36,636 nucleotides of DNA from Candidatus Krumholzibacteriia bacterium (GCA_041648155.1 JBAZPL010000002.1:1-36636); one strand, 5' to 3'; positions 18,961 to 28,332 are shown, counted from the first letter of the stretch. The notes: generated by a model not told the origin, from the sequence alone. A program made the numbers and translations.

Positions 18961-20508
18961 TCAACTGAGGCTGCCGAGGTAGTGCTGTATCTCGCGGCGC
19001 ACCTCGTCGCGGAGCGAGCTCCCCTTCCCCGCGAGCCGCGTGAGCGTCGTTTTGTCGATGAATCGCACGTGAATAAACTTGCGGAGAGCCGAGACCGGCA
19101 CTTTTCCGGGATTCTGAAGAAGGTTCAGCGGCACATCCTTGTTGGCGAAGCCCGTATAGAGATCCCGTCTGCTCGCGATGATGGAGAGAATCCGCATCGA
19201 GCGGGATCTCAGCGAGATGAGCGCGATGATGCCGGGCTGCGCGAGGATGCGGGGATTGTTCAGGAGCTCGAAGATGAAGTTGTCGTTGTCGAGATAGGTC
19301 ATCACGAGGGTCCGGTAGCTTACGAACCGTTCCTTGTGAATATTCGTCCATTCCACATCCCGGGGCAACTGATCGATGTCGATAAAATGCGCGGGCGGAA
19401 CCCGCTTGACGTCGATGGTGAGGACCTTCTGGTTGAGATCGAAACCGGGCAGATCGAGAAGCATCTTGAGAACGTTCGCCGCCACGAGCTTCTGCATGAG
19501 TATCTCGAGGATGCCCTGCCCCGCATGATTGATGAAAATCGCGAGGCAGCTCAGGTAATCAGGCTTCCTCTGCACTCGAAGAAGAAGCGGGTGCATGAGC
19601 AGGGCCCGGACGACCGCGGTGCCTATCTTTAGATGGGGATACGGATGCACCTTGACGAACTGCATATCGAAGAGATCGGCGATCGCGGATCCCGCCGGGG
19701 TTGTGCGAAGCTCGGCGACGGCTGAATCCCACTTCTGCCCGAGCTTTTGCCGAATGAGGAGCGTAGCCTCGCCGTAGCGCTGGTAGGCGCCCTCGAGCGC
19801 CTGCATCCGCCACTTCGTCTCTTCCGCTCTCGCGATCAGGTATATGGTCGAACGTTCCTTGTTCGTGAAATTGATCGCGGCGAGCGTACCCTTGATGCGC
19901 AGGTCGAGCGCTTCAAGCTCGGCTTTTGCGCGTTCCATGATCGCCTTGTCCCAGCGCCTGTCGGGATCCGCGATCGCCCGTCTCACCCCGTCGCTCCAGC
20001 CGAGCCAGGGTTCGTTATCCGGAGCCCTCGAGGAGCCGGGCAGAGGGTGCGAGATCGAAAGAAGAAGAATCTTCTTCTTGAACCAATCCTCGCTTTCCTT
20101 GAGCGCCGCCCCCTTTCTTTCCTTCAGAGCGATCCGCGCCATGACACGCTTCACGTTTCTGAATTCGACGAGCTCCGTCACCATCATTTCGGCGGGCGGG
20201 AGCGCGAGGAGCGCGGCATAGAGCAGTTTGAGACCCGCGCCTTCACCCTCGGCGGCGAGAGCGGCTATTCTCAGGATCTCTTTATGAGGTTCGCCGGATG
20301 TGCCGATATATTCGCCGAACGCATCGGCCTGCTGAAAGGTATTCTCTATGGCCGCGATCCTGAGGAGGCCGTCTCTGTTTTCTCCGGTCGGCGTCGAATA
20401 GAGCAGCTCGTTGAGATGATCGATAAAAGGCATCTCCGGCGGAAAGGTGACCACCTTTCGGCCATAGGTCTTATCGTCATATACGATTGTGCGGACGGAA
20501 TCCACCAT
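18961..20508 (-). CDS. Hypothetical protein, 515 aa, predicted all-alpha, no signal peptide, no family recognised
   Basis: Long ORF with balanced, non-low-complexity composition and GC3-rich codon usage like the neighbouring genes. The opposite-strand ORFs here are Arg-rich shadows. The C-terminal third (LLNNPRILAQPGIIALISL...LLQNPGKVPVSALRKFI) looks like short alpha-helical repeats. Confidence 0.7.
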   Translation of the reverse strand: MVDSVRTIVYDDKTYGRKVVTFPPEMPFIDHLNELLYSTPTGENRDGLLRIAAIENTFQQADAFGEYIGTSGEPHKEILRIAALAAEGEGAGLKLLYAALLALPPAEMMVTELVEFRNVKRVMARIALKERKGAALKESEDWFKKKILLLSISHPLPGSSRAPDNEPWLGWSDGVRRAIADPDRRWDKAIMERAKAELEALDLRIKGTLAAINFTNKERSTIYLIARAEETKWRMQALEGAYQRYGEATLLIRQKLGQKWDSAVAELRTTPAGSAIADLFDMQFVKVHPYPHLKIGTAVVRALLMHPLLLRVQRKPDYLSCLAIFINHAGQGILEILMQKLVAANVLKMLLDLPGFDLNQKVLTIDVKRVPPAHFIDIDQLPRDVEWTNIHKERFVSYRTLVMTYLDNDNFIFELLNNPRILAQPGIIALISLRSRSMRILSIIASRRDLYTGFANKDVPLNLLQNPGKVPVSALRKFIHVRFIDKTTLTRLAGKGSSLRDEVRREIQHYLGSLS

Positions 20509-20567
20509 GACATCTCTCTTGCATGAATGATTCCAATTTGCCGCGAGGCCGGCTCACGAAGGGAGGG

Positions 20568-22295
20568 TCAGAGACCGGCTGATGCCTGCAAGGAGATTTC
20601 CGGCGCCCGCCCACCTTCCAGCGCCGCATGAATAAAAAATCTTAACTGCTTGATAAATAAACCGATTAAGAGCGCGCCCCTTTCGGTGTCGCGCGAAACC
20701 AGGCGCATGGGGAAACTTCCCCCAAGAGAGGGCTCATAAAAGTAACAAACCGGATGCCCGAACGCAGTTCTGTAGGCGGCGAATGATGCCGTTACCCGCA
20801 GGCGGGCCGAGAGGAGGTTTGCGCGAAGAACCGGCGCGACGAGCCATCCCAGGCCGTCCGCCTCCTCGATCCTTTTCAGAGCGACGCCGATGCTCGTTTT
20901 CCGGTCGATGCGACATTCGGAAAGGAAACCGAGAGAATGCGATCTTTCAAGCCCGCTCTCTCCCGCGGGGGGGTACGGCACGACGTCCCGCCGCTCGCTG
21001 CCCGCGATAATCCAGGTGAGCCTCAGAAGGCTTCTTCTCCCCCGGCGCTCGCACTCGAGCCTCGTCGTCTGTCGGACCGTTTCATGGAATCCGTCACCGC
21101 GCTCGTAGCGGTCGATCGACGCTCTTGCGCGAACGCGCTGAAAAACCTCGCGTTCGGCGACGGCGGCGGCGCCGCCGATCGATGAGGCTCGCCCCGGCGT
21201 TCTGCCGTTCACCGAGCCGAAGACTCCGGCGGCGGTCGGCGGGACGGCATAGAGAAAGAGCGCCGCTCGCGTTCCCGGGACTCTGTATGAGAACCCCGAA
21301 AGCAGACCCGGCTCCCCCGAACGGCCGAAACCTATCTCGAGGCCGGCATTCATCCGATCCGATTTCCATCGCCCGTCGATCGCGCAGATGTATCTTCCGG
21401 ATTCGGATGCCCCGCTCGAACCCGAGAAGCCGATCTCGGCGCCTGCCCGCCGCGCTTCGATCCGCGCGCCGGAAACCCTTCTCGCTCCGGTTTCCGGACC
21501 GTTCGGACCGTACGTCACCGGCAGGCCTTCGAAGATTGCCGCGTAAACGTTTCGGTAGTGAATCTCCGCGGCGGCGCCATGAAGCGTCTGCAAGAAAAAT
21601 GAAGTCGTGCCGGCGATCCGGCGCGGGCTGCGAAACGGAAACGCGCTCGAGGAAAGGGGCGATCCCCCCGATCCGCCGAAAACGAGCCCGAGTGCGAAGT
21701 CGGGCACGAAACTGCCCGCGTGAAGCCGTACGGCGCCGGAAAACGCGTTTCCGGACAGATACCAGGAAATCACGCCGCCGGCGTCATCCGTTCGCTTTCC
21801 ACGGCAGAGCGCTTTCCAGCGTTCGGCGCTCAGAGCCAGATATCCATCCGATCTCTCTTTGCCCGGGAGAGAGATCATCGCTTCCGTGAATCTGCAGGTC
21901 ACGCGAACGGGGCGACCTTCATCCGATTTGAGATAATCGCGGTAGCGGGTGAGTTCCTGTCTCTCCCCCGGCGTCAATCGCTCGATCCATCCTTTCGCCG
22001 GGCGCCGCCCATCGGCGGCTGCGACGATGCTTCGGGCGAGCTCTTCGGGGAGTCCGGGTATGGAGAGAAGCGTCTCGATCCCGGCACCGGAGGGATCGAC
22101 CGGATTCTCCGTGAGGCATTCAGCGATCTCGAAATCTTTTTGCACAAGATCGGGCTCTTCGCTTCCCCTCTGAACCATCTCGTCGCCGGCGCCTTCCCGC
22201 GGACCTGGAATCTCAAGACCGTCCGCCGGACGCCGCGCGGCCCCGCACGACACGATTGAAAGAGCCACCCACAGGCGAATCAGAAACTTCACCAT
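20568..22295 (-). CDS. Predicted lipoprotein with an N-terminal helix-hairpin-helix (ComEA-like) motif and a large beta-rich C-terminal region
   Basis: MVKFLIRLWVALSIVSC carries an IVSC lipobox. GIETLLSIPGLPEELARSIVAAADGR resembles an HhH DNA-binding motif. The remaining ~450 aa have alternating beta-strand-like patterns. The ATG at 22295 overlaps the upstream stop (ATGGTGA). The 749-aa track ORF is an Arg-rich extension. Confidence 0.65.
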   Translation of the reverse strand: MVKFLIRLWVALSIVSCGAARRPADGLEIPGPREGAGDEMVQRGSEEPDLVQKDFEIAECLTENPVDPSGAGIETLLSIPGLPEELARSIVAAADGRRPAKGWIERLTPGERQELTRYRDYLKSDEGRPVRVTCRFTEAMISLPGKERSDGYLALSAERWKALCRGKRTDDAGGVISWYLSGNAFSGAVRLHAGSFVPDFALGLVFGGSGGSPLSSSAFPFRSPRRIAGTTSFFLQTLHGAAAEIHYRNVYAAIFEGLPVTYGPNGPETGARRVSGARIEARRAGAEIGFSGSSGASESGRYICAIDGRWKSDRMNAGLEIGFGRSGEPGLLSGFSYRVPGTRAALFLYAVPPTAAGVFGSVNGRTPGRASSIGGAAAVAEREVFQRVRARASIDRYERGDGFHETVRQTTRLECERRGRRSLLRLTWIIAGSERRDVVPYPPAGESGLERSHSLGFLSECRIDRKTSIGVALKRIEEADGLGWLVAPVLRANLLSARLRVTASFAAYRTAFGHPVCYFYEPSLGGSFPMRLVSRDTERGALLIGLFIKQLRFFIHAALEGGRAPEISLQASAGL

Positions 22296-23146
22296 TCCCA
22301 CAACCTCCCGACTCCGGCCGTTAGCGTGTTTCCCAACGCCGGATTCCGGCTCCACGAGAAATCCAGAATCGCCCGCGAGACCCTGACGACTATCCCGTTC
22401 GAAATTTCGCCGGTTTTCCACCGGTAGCCGGATACGAATGCGCATGTATCTCCGAACCAAGCTTCGAGCGCGCACTGCGCGTCCGTTCCGCGCGCACCGG
22501 AAATCGCTCGATCGATAGCGAGCACAAGCGAGCCGGCGCGCACAACCAGAAAGGCCCGGGCATTCCGCGGCCCGGGTTCCGCGCTCGTGGACGCGCGGCT
22601 CACGTATCCGACGCACACGCTCCCGCGGTATTCGTACGAGAAAGCGAGCGACAACGTGCGGGATCCCTCGGCGCTGAACCCGCGCGCCGCGCGTCTTTCG
22701 ATCGCGGGAATCGCATACAGCCGAAACCCCGCGCTGAAAGGACAGGAAAACCCCATCGCCGCAGCGAGACGGTCCTCCCGGTAAAGCGCGTGCCCGAGAT
22801 GGCGCCAATCGAGCCATGCCGAAAACGATCCTCCGTCGATTCCGGAGAGGAGATCAGAGGAGACGATGCCGTCGAGCATGTATGGATTCGCGGCGGTCGC
22901 ATGGAATCCCGCTCGCTTCTTTCCACTCGTGCCGCTTCCGAAAAAGAAGTTCCCGGACGCGACTCCCTGCGGGCAGCCGGCGAGCAGACGGGCAGGGCAT
23001 TCCGACGCGTTCGAATCCGCGGCCGGCGCATTCGCGGTGGCCGCATTCGAGGCGGCCGCAAGCCACAGGGCGCATATCAGCACGACGGAGCCGAGCGCTT
23101 TGCCTAATTTCCCGCCACCACGATGCATGTCTTTTCCTTTCTGCAT
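22289..23146 (-). CDS. Predicted outer-membrane beta-barrel protein (285 aa), family not identified
   Basis: MQKGKDMHRGGGKLGKALGSVVLICALWLAAASNAATA is a signal peptide. The body is beta-rich and ends in ...GVGRLWEW, an aromatic C-terminal residue typical of the OMP beta-signal. The ATG at 23146 is preceded by GGGAGGAGGGG. It overlaps the upstream gene by 43 nt. Confidence 0.6.
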   Translation of the reverse strand: MQKGKDMHRGGGKLGKALGSVVLICALWLAAASNAATANAPAADSNASECPARLLAGCPQGVASGNFFFGSGTSGKKRAGFHATAANPYMLDGIVSSDLLSGIDGGSFSAWLDWRHLGHALYREDRLAAAMGFSCPFSAGFRLYAIPAIERRAARGFSAEGSRTLSLAFSYEYRGSVCVGYVSRASTSAEPGPRNARAFLVVRAGSLVLAIDRAISGARGTDAQCALEAWFGDTCAFVSGYRWKTGEISNGIVVRVSRAILDFSWSRNPALGNTLTAGVGRLWEW

Positions 23147-24834
23147 ACCCCTCCTCCCGGCCGGATATACTCGACGAGACAGATATAAAGTCCGGTTCGC
23201 ACAAGGGCACCGCCGTTTGATCGGCCGTCCCACCGGCATGAAAAGACGTCCGCTCCTCCGCTCTCGCCGTAAATACGTCGAATCTCGTACCCTTCGCGGT
23301 CGAATATCCTTACGAGAAAACCCGCTTCTCCTTCGGCGCGTCTTCCCGTCACCGAGACTTCGCCGTCGCGCCGCGCACAGAACGGGTTGGGTGAAACGGA
23401 GAGCCCCCCGAAACCCGGAGGCCGCTCGATCAGCATGGAATTCTCCCGTCCCGGAGTCGCGCGGAGCTCGGCGACAGAGCGGTGCCAGATCCCTCCGGCG
23501 CGATCGCTGCAGAATTCGGTCGAAACGCGCTCGATGCTTCTCCCGCGTTCGGCTCCGAGCAGATCGCGATACGAGACCCTCTCTACGAGAACACTCGACT
23601 CATCGAAGAGCGCGATAGCGTCCGCGCGATCCCCCTTGTCCGTGTCGTTCAAGGCAGGCCAGCCTCCCTCGATGCCGCTCACCGGCGCTTCGCACGCCGG
23701 AAACTGGCGAGCGAATGATGCCGAATCCTTCGCCAATATCGAGAATCCTCCCGGCGGAAGAATCATATCCGTCGAGGAAACGAGCCGCCTCGAACCGGTC
23801 GCGTCGCAGAGCGCCCATCCCTTGAGATTGCAATCGGCGATGGAAACGTTCACGATTTCTATCCACTCGCTCATCTCCCGGTCGGGGCGATACATGATTT
23901 CGTTTATGACGATCGCTCCGGGGGACGCGCCGAGAAATACGGAGGTCGTGTCGTTTACGGGGTTTTCGTCGGGGGCGCCGTCGAGATACGCTCGGACTTC
24001 GAAGCGGGGCGATTGCGGGGCCGCCAGGGTGAGCTCGATCGAATCCGCGGCCGAGGCCGCGATATCGAGAGCGCGCTCCAGCTCGCCGGACGATGCAACA
24101 GAACCAAGCTCTCTCACTTCGGTCAGAATCGAAACATGGCTGTTGATCGGTTCGAGGCCGCAGTTCGCGATTCTCAGCTTCAGGGAAAAGAACGTTCCGC
24201 GGCACGGAAGGACGTCCTCCCCGACGAGGCGAATGCCGGCATCGAACCGGAAGAAATTCCTTCGCCCGGGTGTCGGCGGCGCGGGAACGAAGTCCGCGTC
24301 GTTCCTGTCGCTGTCGAAGCCGTCCGGTTTTCGCGCGAGGCTCGTTCCCGCGGAGACGTCCGGGGCGGGGGCAGTTTCATAGAGATCGCTCGATGCGCAG
24401 GAGCCGTATCCGACGAGATCGATGATGCCCGAAGGTGAAACAAGCCGCACCGCGTCGGGACCATTCCCGAGAGTTCCCTTGAGCAGAAATCCCGGGGAAG
24501 ATACGCGCTCGATTCCGGCGATGCACAGAAAATCACCCGGCCCGATGACAGCATCGGCCGAGGCCGCCCACACAACTTTCACGTTTCCGGTCGTTCCGTC
24601 GAGAGCTTCCAGGAACCAGCCCGAAAGCGCGTGAGGGAAGGCATCCGGATTGTAAATCTCGATGAACTCCCATCCGTCGTCCCTGCCCGAATGATCGTAA
24701 TAAACTTCGTTGATGACGACGCCGGCCGCGCATGGGTCTGCGAAAACGATTTCGATGAAAACGCCCGCAACGAGAGCGAAGAAGAAATGAAAATAAAAAA
24801 GGCTCCACCGCCGCATCATCCACCACCACATCAT
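23104..24834 (-). CDS. Secreted/surface protein with two lamin-tail domains (LTD), a central CARDB-like Ig module and a C-terminal FlgD-Ig-like domain
   Basis: VVINEVYYDHSGRDDGWEFIEIYNP....LSGWFL and IVINEIMYRPDREMSEWIEIVNVS...NLKGWAL are LTD signatures. The C-terminus LVRIFDREGYEIRRIYGE......FSCRWDGRSNGGALVRTGLYICLVEY resembles FlgD-Ig / sorting-type Ig domains. Hydrophobic N-terminus MMWWWMMRRWSLFYFHFFFALVAGVFI. Confidence 0.75.
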   Translation of the reverse strand: MMWWWMMRRWSLFYFHFFFALVAGVFIEIVFADPCAAGVVINEVYYDHSGRDDGWEFIEIYNPDAFPHALSGWFLEALDGTTGNVKVVWAASADAVIGPGDFLCIAGIERVSSPGFLLKGTLGNGPDAVRLVSPSGIIDLVGYGSCASSDLYETAPAPDVSAGTSLARKPDGFDSDRNDADFVPAPPTPGRRNFFRFDAGIRLVGEDVLPCRGTFFSLKLRIANCGLEPINSHVSILTEVRELGSVASSGELERALDIAASAADSIELTLAAPQSPRFEVRAYLDGAPDENPVNDTTSVFLGASPGAIVINEIMYRPDREMSEWIEIVNVSIADCNLKGWALCDATGSRRLVSSTDMILPPGGFSILAKDSASFARQFPACEAPVSGIEGGWPALNDTDKGDRADAIALFDESSVLVERVSYRDLLGAERGRSIERVSTEFCSDRAGGIWHRSVAELRATPGRENSMLIERPPGFGGLSVSPNPFCARRDGEVSVTGRRAEGEAGFLVRIFDREGYEIRRIYGESGGADVFSCRWDGRSNGGALVRTGLYICLVEYIRPGGGVCRKEKTCIVVAGN

Positions 24835-24904
24835 GAGCCGGGGGCATTGTATCGCAAACGCGCGGATTATTTCAACAGAAAAATTCCGCCTCGAAAAACT
24901 CTAA

Positions 24905-26188
24905 TCATCTGGCCGTTCCCAGACTGCGAAGTATCCTTTCACCCCGGTCGCTCCCCTTCTCGTAGCCATACCATCCTCCGGCGATCCTGCCGCGGATATC
25001 TATGATGTAATTGAGCGGCAGGGCGCTCTGCCCCTTCGCCGTTTGATATTGTTCATGGAATACTTCCCGCGCGACGGCCGTCGTATCGACGACGTTCCGG
25101 AACCGTATCATCTTCTCGCGAAGGAATTCCTCCGCCGGCTCCCTGCCGTCCGCGCAGTTGAAACCGAGCACGAGGAGCCCTTCTCCCGCGTATCTGTCTT
25201 GAAGGTTCTGAAGATGGGGGAGTTCCTTGCGGCACGGTACACAGCTCAGCCGCCAGAATGAGAGCCAGACGACCTTGCCGCGATGCTCCGACAGTCGGAA
25301 TCGCGTGCCGTCGAGAAGCACAAGATCGAAATCGGGCGCTTCGCTCCCCGGTCTCAGGAGACCGTCATCGAGCGATTGCAGCCGGTACTCCTCCCATCGG
25401 GCGGGCGGCTTCCACCTGAATTGATCTTTCGAAACCGCGCCGTTGACGACGACGTCGCGCCAACGCTCTCGCACGACGATATCGCGCTTCCCTCTCATCG
25501 TCTCTTCGAGCCTCCGGGGCAGGCGGTCGCGTCTCGAGATCCAGAACACCCTCGTCCGCCGGCCTTTCAGGTAGCTCGCCTCGATGATGTCGCACACCTC
25601 TCCGTCGACGTTGACCGAACCTGCGCTCTTCACGCTTTCGAGGAGCGCGTCCATGAGATCGGGACTTCCGTGGAAAATGCTCGGATCGATAATCGTCATC
25701 GACATCCCCGTGCCGAGAACGCTCGTTTCGCGCGCGATCGAATGACCGCCTTTCCCCGCGTCCTTCCGGAGATACGACCTCCGGACGTCGCGCGTGTTCG
25801 CCGCGGAATCGCTTTCATGGATGTAGGGTCTCCCGTCCGGCCAGTAAATCCACATCCGGCGGCCGTCGAGGATAAGGACGCCGGTCCTTGTCCCGTCCTC
25901 GCTTCTCGATTCGAGCCGCGCGAAGTTCGGCTTCTTGAGCAACAGCCGATAGCTCGAACGGCCGATCTCTTTCCCGCCGGTTTCCCGAACGTACTCGCTC
26001 TCATAGGAGAGAGCGCGCGCCTCACGCATCGCCGCGTGCATGGCCCGGTAGATCGCGAGCGCCGCGATGTCCCCTTTCACAACGGCGCCGGACTCTCGCC
26101 CGGGCGGAGCCGCGCCGGATACGGAGAATGTCGCGAGCGCCGAAAGTACGCCCGCAATGAGCATCGAAACGTTCCTGAGCGTCTTCAT
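24905..26188 (-). CDS. Fusion protein: LolA-like (DUF2092-type) domain plus TlpA/ResA-like thioredoxin-fold thiol:disulfide oxidoreductase
   Basis: Signal peptide MKTLRNVSMLIAGVLSALATFSVSGA. LSYESEYVRE...YRLLLKKPNFARLES...ILDGRRMWIYWP is lipoprotein-sorting-like. APDFDLVLLDGTRFRLSEHRGKVVWLSFWRLSCVPCRKELPHL carries a CxxC redox motif. The ATG at 26188 overlaps the upstream TGA (ATGA). Confidence 0.8.
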   Translation of the reverse strand: MKTLRNVSMLIAGVLSALATFSVSGAAPPGRESGAVVKGDIAALAIYRAMHAAMREARALSYESEYVRETGGKEIGRSSYRLLLKKPNFARLESRSEDGTRTGVLILDGRRMWIYWPDGRPYIHESDSAANTRDVRRSYLRKDAGKGGHSIARETSVLGTGMSMTIIDPSIFHGSPDLMDALLESVKSAGSVNVDGEVCDIIEASYLKGRRTRVFWISRRDRLPRRLEETMRGKRDIVVRERWRDVVVNGAVSKDQFRWKPPARWEEYRLQSLDDGLLRPGSEAPDFDLVLLDGTRFRLSEHRGKVVWLSFWRLSCVPCRKELPHLQNLQDRYAGEGLLVLGFNCADGREPAEEFLREKMIRFRNVVDTTAVAREVFHEQYQTAKGQSALPLNYIIDIRGRIAGGWYGYEKGSDRGERILRSLGTAR

Positions 26189-28332
26189 ACGAGTCCCCAC
26201 GCCTTCCTCAGTATCCACTCAACGCCGAGGAACAGGATGATGCCCATGAGAATCAGGACGTTTCCACGAACCTCGCGGATGTCGCTGCGTTCGACGCGCT
26301 GTTCGTCGAGACTCAGGTGCCGGGCGAGAGAGTCGAGCTCGGCGCCCTCGAGATATGAGCCTCCCGTGTCCTTCGCAATCCGTGCGAGGAGAGCCGCGTC
26401 CCGCGACGGATCGAGCAGCTCGACCGATACGCTCGCGACGGAGAAGGACGCCACCGCGGTCATTCCGCTCCCGGAGCCGGTCACTTCGGAGACGACCACG
26501 ACGTAATCGCCGGGGGGAAGCGGATCGAGCGTCGCGCGGTAATAACCACGCCGCTTCGGATCCGGCTCGAATGCGACGGTGCTCACGGCAATGTCGCGAC
26601 TCTCCCCTCTTTTTCGCACCTCTCCCCGTATTCCTTCCGGCGGGCGTCTGCTCCCGATATATGCGGCGAGCTTCACAGGGTCTCCGGCGCGATAGACGGT
26701 CCGGTCGGCGTCGATAGCGAGCGCGGGCGCGCCCGCGCCCTCGGCCATGCTCTGCACGAGCCCGCCGAAGAACGATTCGTAGATCCTCCGCCCCTCCTCG
26801 CCGGCAAGCTTCCACCTCCAGAGAGGAAACCCGAGAATCGCGCCCGAGAGCCCCTCGCCACACCGCCCAATAACAAGAAAGGGCGTCCGTGTCCCGCGAT
26901 CCTCGAGAACAAGCGGTATCCGCGATCCCGAAGCCGCCGCGAGTCCCGCGATTCTCGCCGGGAGCGGCGGCATGGCGTCGAGACCTCCATCCTCGGCGAG
27001 GCTTGAAGCGATCGCGTCGCCGACACCCTCCGCCGAAACCCGGGCGAAGCCCTCCGCGTATTCGATCCGCGGATTGGACACGCGCCGGAGGCCCAACAGC
27101 GGCTGAAGGAGATCGAACGATCCGGCTCTCGCCAGCGGAGAATTTTCGTCCGCGATGAAAAGAACGCTTCCTCCCGTCCGGACGTAGGCGTCGAGAGTTT
27201 CCACGTTCGGCCGCTCGTTGAAGAGCTTCGCGTCGTCCGAAACGATCACAAGGTCGTATCGCGCGATCCCGGCCGCGCCCGTGGGGAATGTCCACGGCCT
27301 TTTCCCGGGATCGATCACGAAACCCCTGTCCGCTACCCAGGAAACCGCTTCCACCTCGAGTCGTTCCGAGCCCTTGACGAGATCGCGCACGAAGGTCATG
27401 TTCCAGTCCGGATACTGATCGATATAGAGAATCCGCACCTTGTCCTTGAGAACGTCGAGGCGAAACGATTCGGCATTGTTTTCCCGGTGCTCCTCCCCCG
27501 CGACGGGCATCACCTTTACCGAGAGCCGGCGCTCTCCTTCCGCGTCAGCCGCATAGCTGAGCGAAGCGCTGATGAGCTCTTCATCCCTTTTCACGGAAAT
27601 GGTCGCGCTGTCCCTGATCTTTTCCCCTTCGAGGAGGCGCACGGCGATCGTTTTGCCCTTGAAGCCCGAGGCGCGGATAACCGCCTCGATGGGAACCTTC
27701 GTTCCCCGGTACGCTACGCGATCGGCGACGACTTCGTCGAGAGAGACGTCGGCCGTGCCGAGCGTATCACCGAAACCGATCGCATAAACCGGCGACGCGA
27801 CGATTTCACCCGACGAGACCATCCCGCGCGTGACACGTCCGTCCGTGAGGAGAATCAGTGCCGCGAGATTCCGGGCGCGGTACCTTTTCTGCGCGGCTCC
27901 GAGGGCGCCCCACAGGTCCGTGCCCTCCCCGTCGGCCCTGATCGCGCTGTCGGGCCGGAGCGGAAAGCTCGATAGCGCGTCCGCGAAGGGTATGACCTCG
28001 ACGTCCGTTTTCACACCGTCAAGCGCGGCGCGAAAACGCTCGAGACGATCGAGCGCGTCCTCGAGCCTCATTTTTCCCGACGAATCACGAATTTCCATGC
28101 TGCGTGAGCGATCGAGAAGGACGAGAACGAGCGGCTTCCTGATTTCGACCCTTTTCGAGATGAACACGGGATTGATGAGGAGAAGAGCGAGGAGAACGAA
28201 CGCCCCGATCCGCATCGCGACGAGGATCGCGCGCCGCGGGGCCGGAATGGGCGGAAACGTCCTTCGGTACAGGACGAACGATACTACCACGAGCGCGGCG
28301 GCGACGGATATTTTCCAGAGCTCGAGATGCAT
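26185..28332 (-). CDS. vWA-domain membrane protein (BatA-like N-terminal double-TM, vWA, GATase1-like middle region, C-terminal TM anchor)
   Basis: N-terminal TMs WKISVAAALVVVSFVLY and AILVAMRIGAFVLLALLLINPVF. The vWA MIDAS start is LVLVLLDRSRSM, with ...ILLTDG further on. RILYIDQYPDWNMTF is like the class-I amidotransferase-like fold seen in such proteins. C-terminal TM LILMGIILFLGVEWILRKAWGL. Confidence 0.8.
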   Translation of the reverse strand: MHLELWKISVAAALVVVSFVLYRRTFPPIPAPRRAILVAMRIGAFVLLALLLINPVFISKRVEIRKPLVLVLLDRSRSMEIRDSSGKMRLEDALDRLERFRAALDGVKTDVEVIPFADALSSFPLRPDSAIRADGEGTDLWGALGAAQKRYRARNLAALILLTDGRVTRGMVSSGEIVASPVYAIGFGDTLGTADVSLDEVVADRVAYRGTKVPIEAVIRASGFKGKTIAVRLLEGEKIRDSATISVKRDEELISASLSYAADAEGERRLSVKVMPVAGEEHRENNAESFRLDVLKDKVRILYIDQYPDWNMTFVRDLVKGSERLEVEAVSWVADRGFVIDPGKRPWTFPTGAAGIARYDLVIVSDDAKLFNERPNVETLDAYVRTGGSVLFIADENSPLARAGSFDLLQPLLGLRRVSNPRIEYAEGFARVSAEGVGDAIASSLAEDGGLDAMPPLPARIAGLAAASGSRIPLVLEDRGTRTPFLVIGRCGEGLSGAILGFPLWRWKLAGEEGRRIYESFFGGLVQSMAEGAGAPALAIDADRTVYRAGDPVKLAAYIGSRRPPEGIRGEVRKRGESRDIAVSTVAFEPDPKRRGYYRATLDPLPPGDYVVVVSEVTGSGSGMTAVASFSVASVSVELLDPSRDAALLARIAKDTGGSYLEGAELDSLARHLSLDEQRVERSDIREVRGNVLILMGIILFLGVEWILRKAWGLV

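Noticed and set aside
23104-23400. Calling the C-terminus of the LTD protein a type IX secretion (T9SS) sorting domain and the next gene PorP/SprF
   Set aside because: The resemblance (an Ig-like C-terminal domain with a WDG...G.Y pattern, and a ~285-aa barrel candidate) is suggestive but cannot be distinguished by eye from generic FlgD-Ig domains. No other T9SS genes are in the window, so I keep it only as a hypothesis inside the finding.
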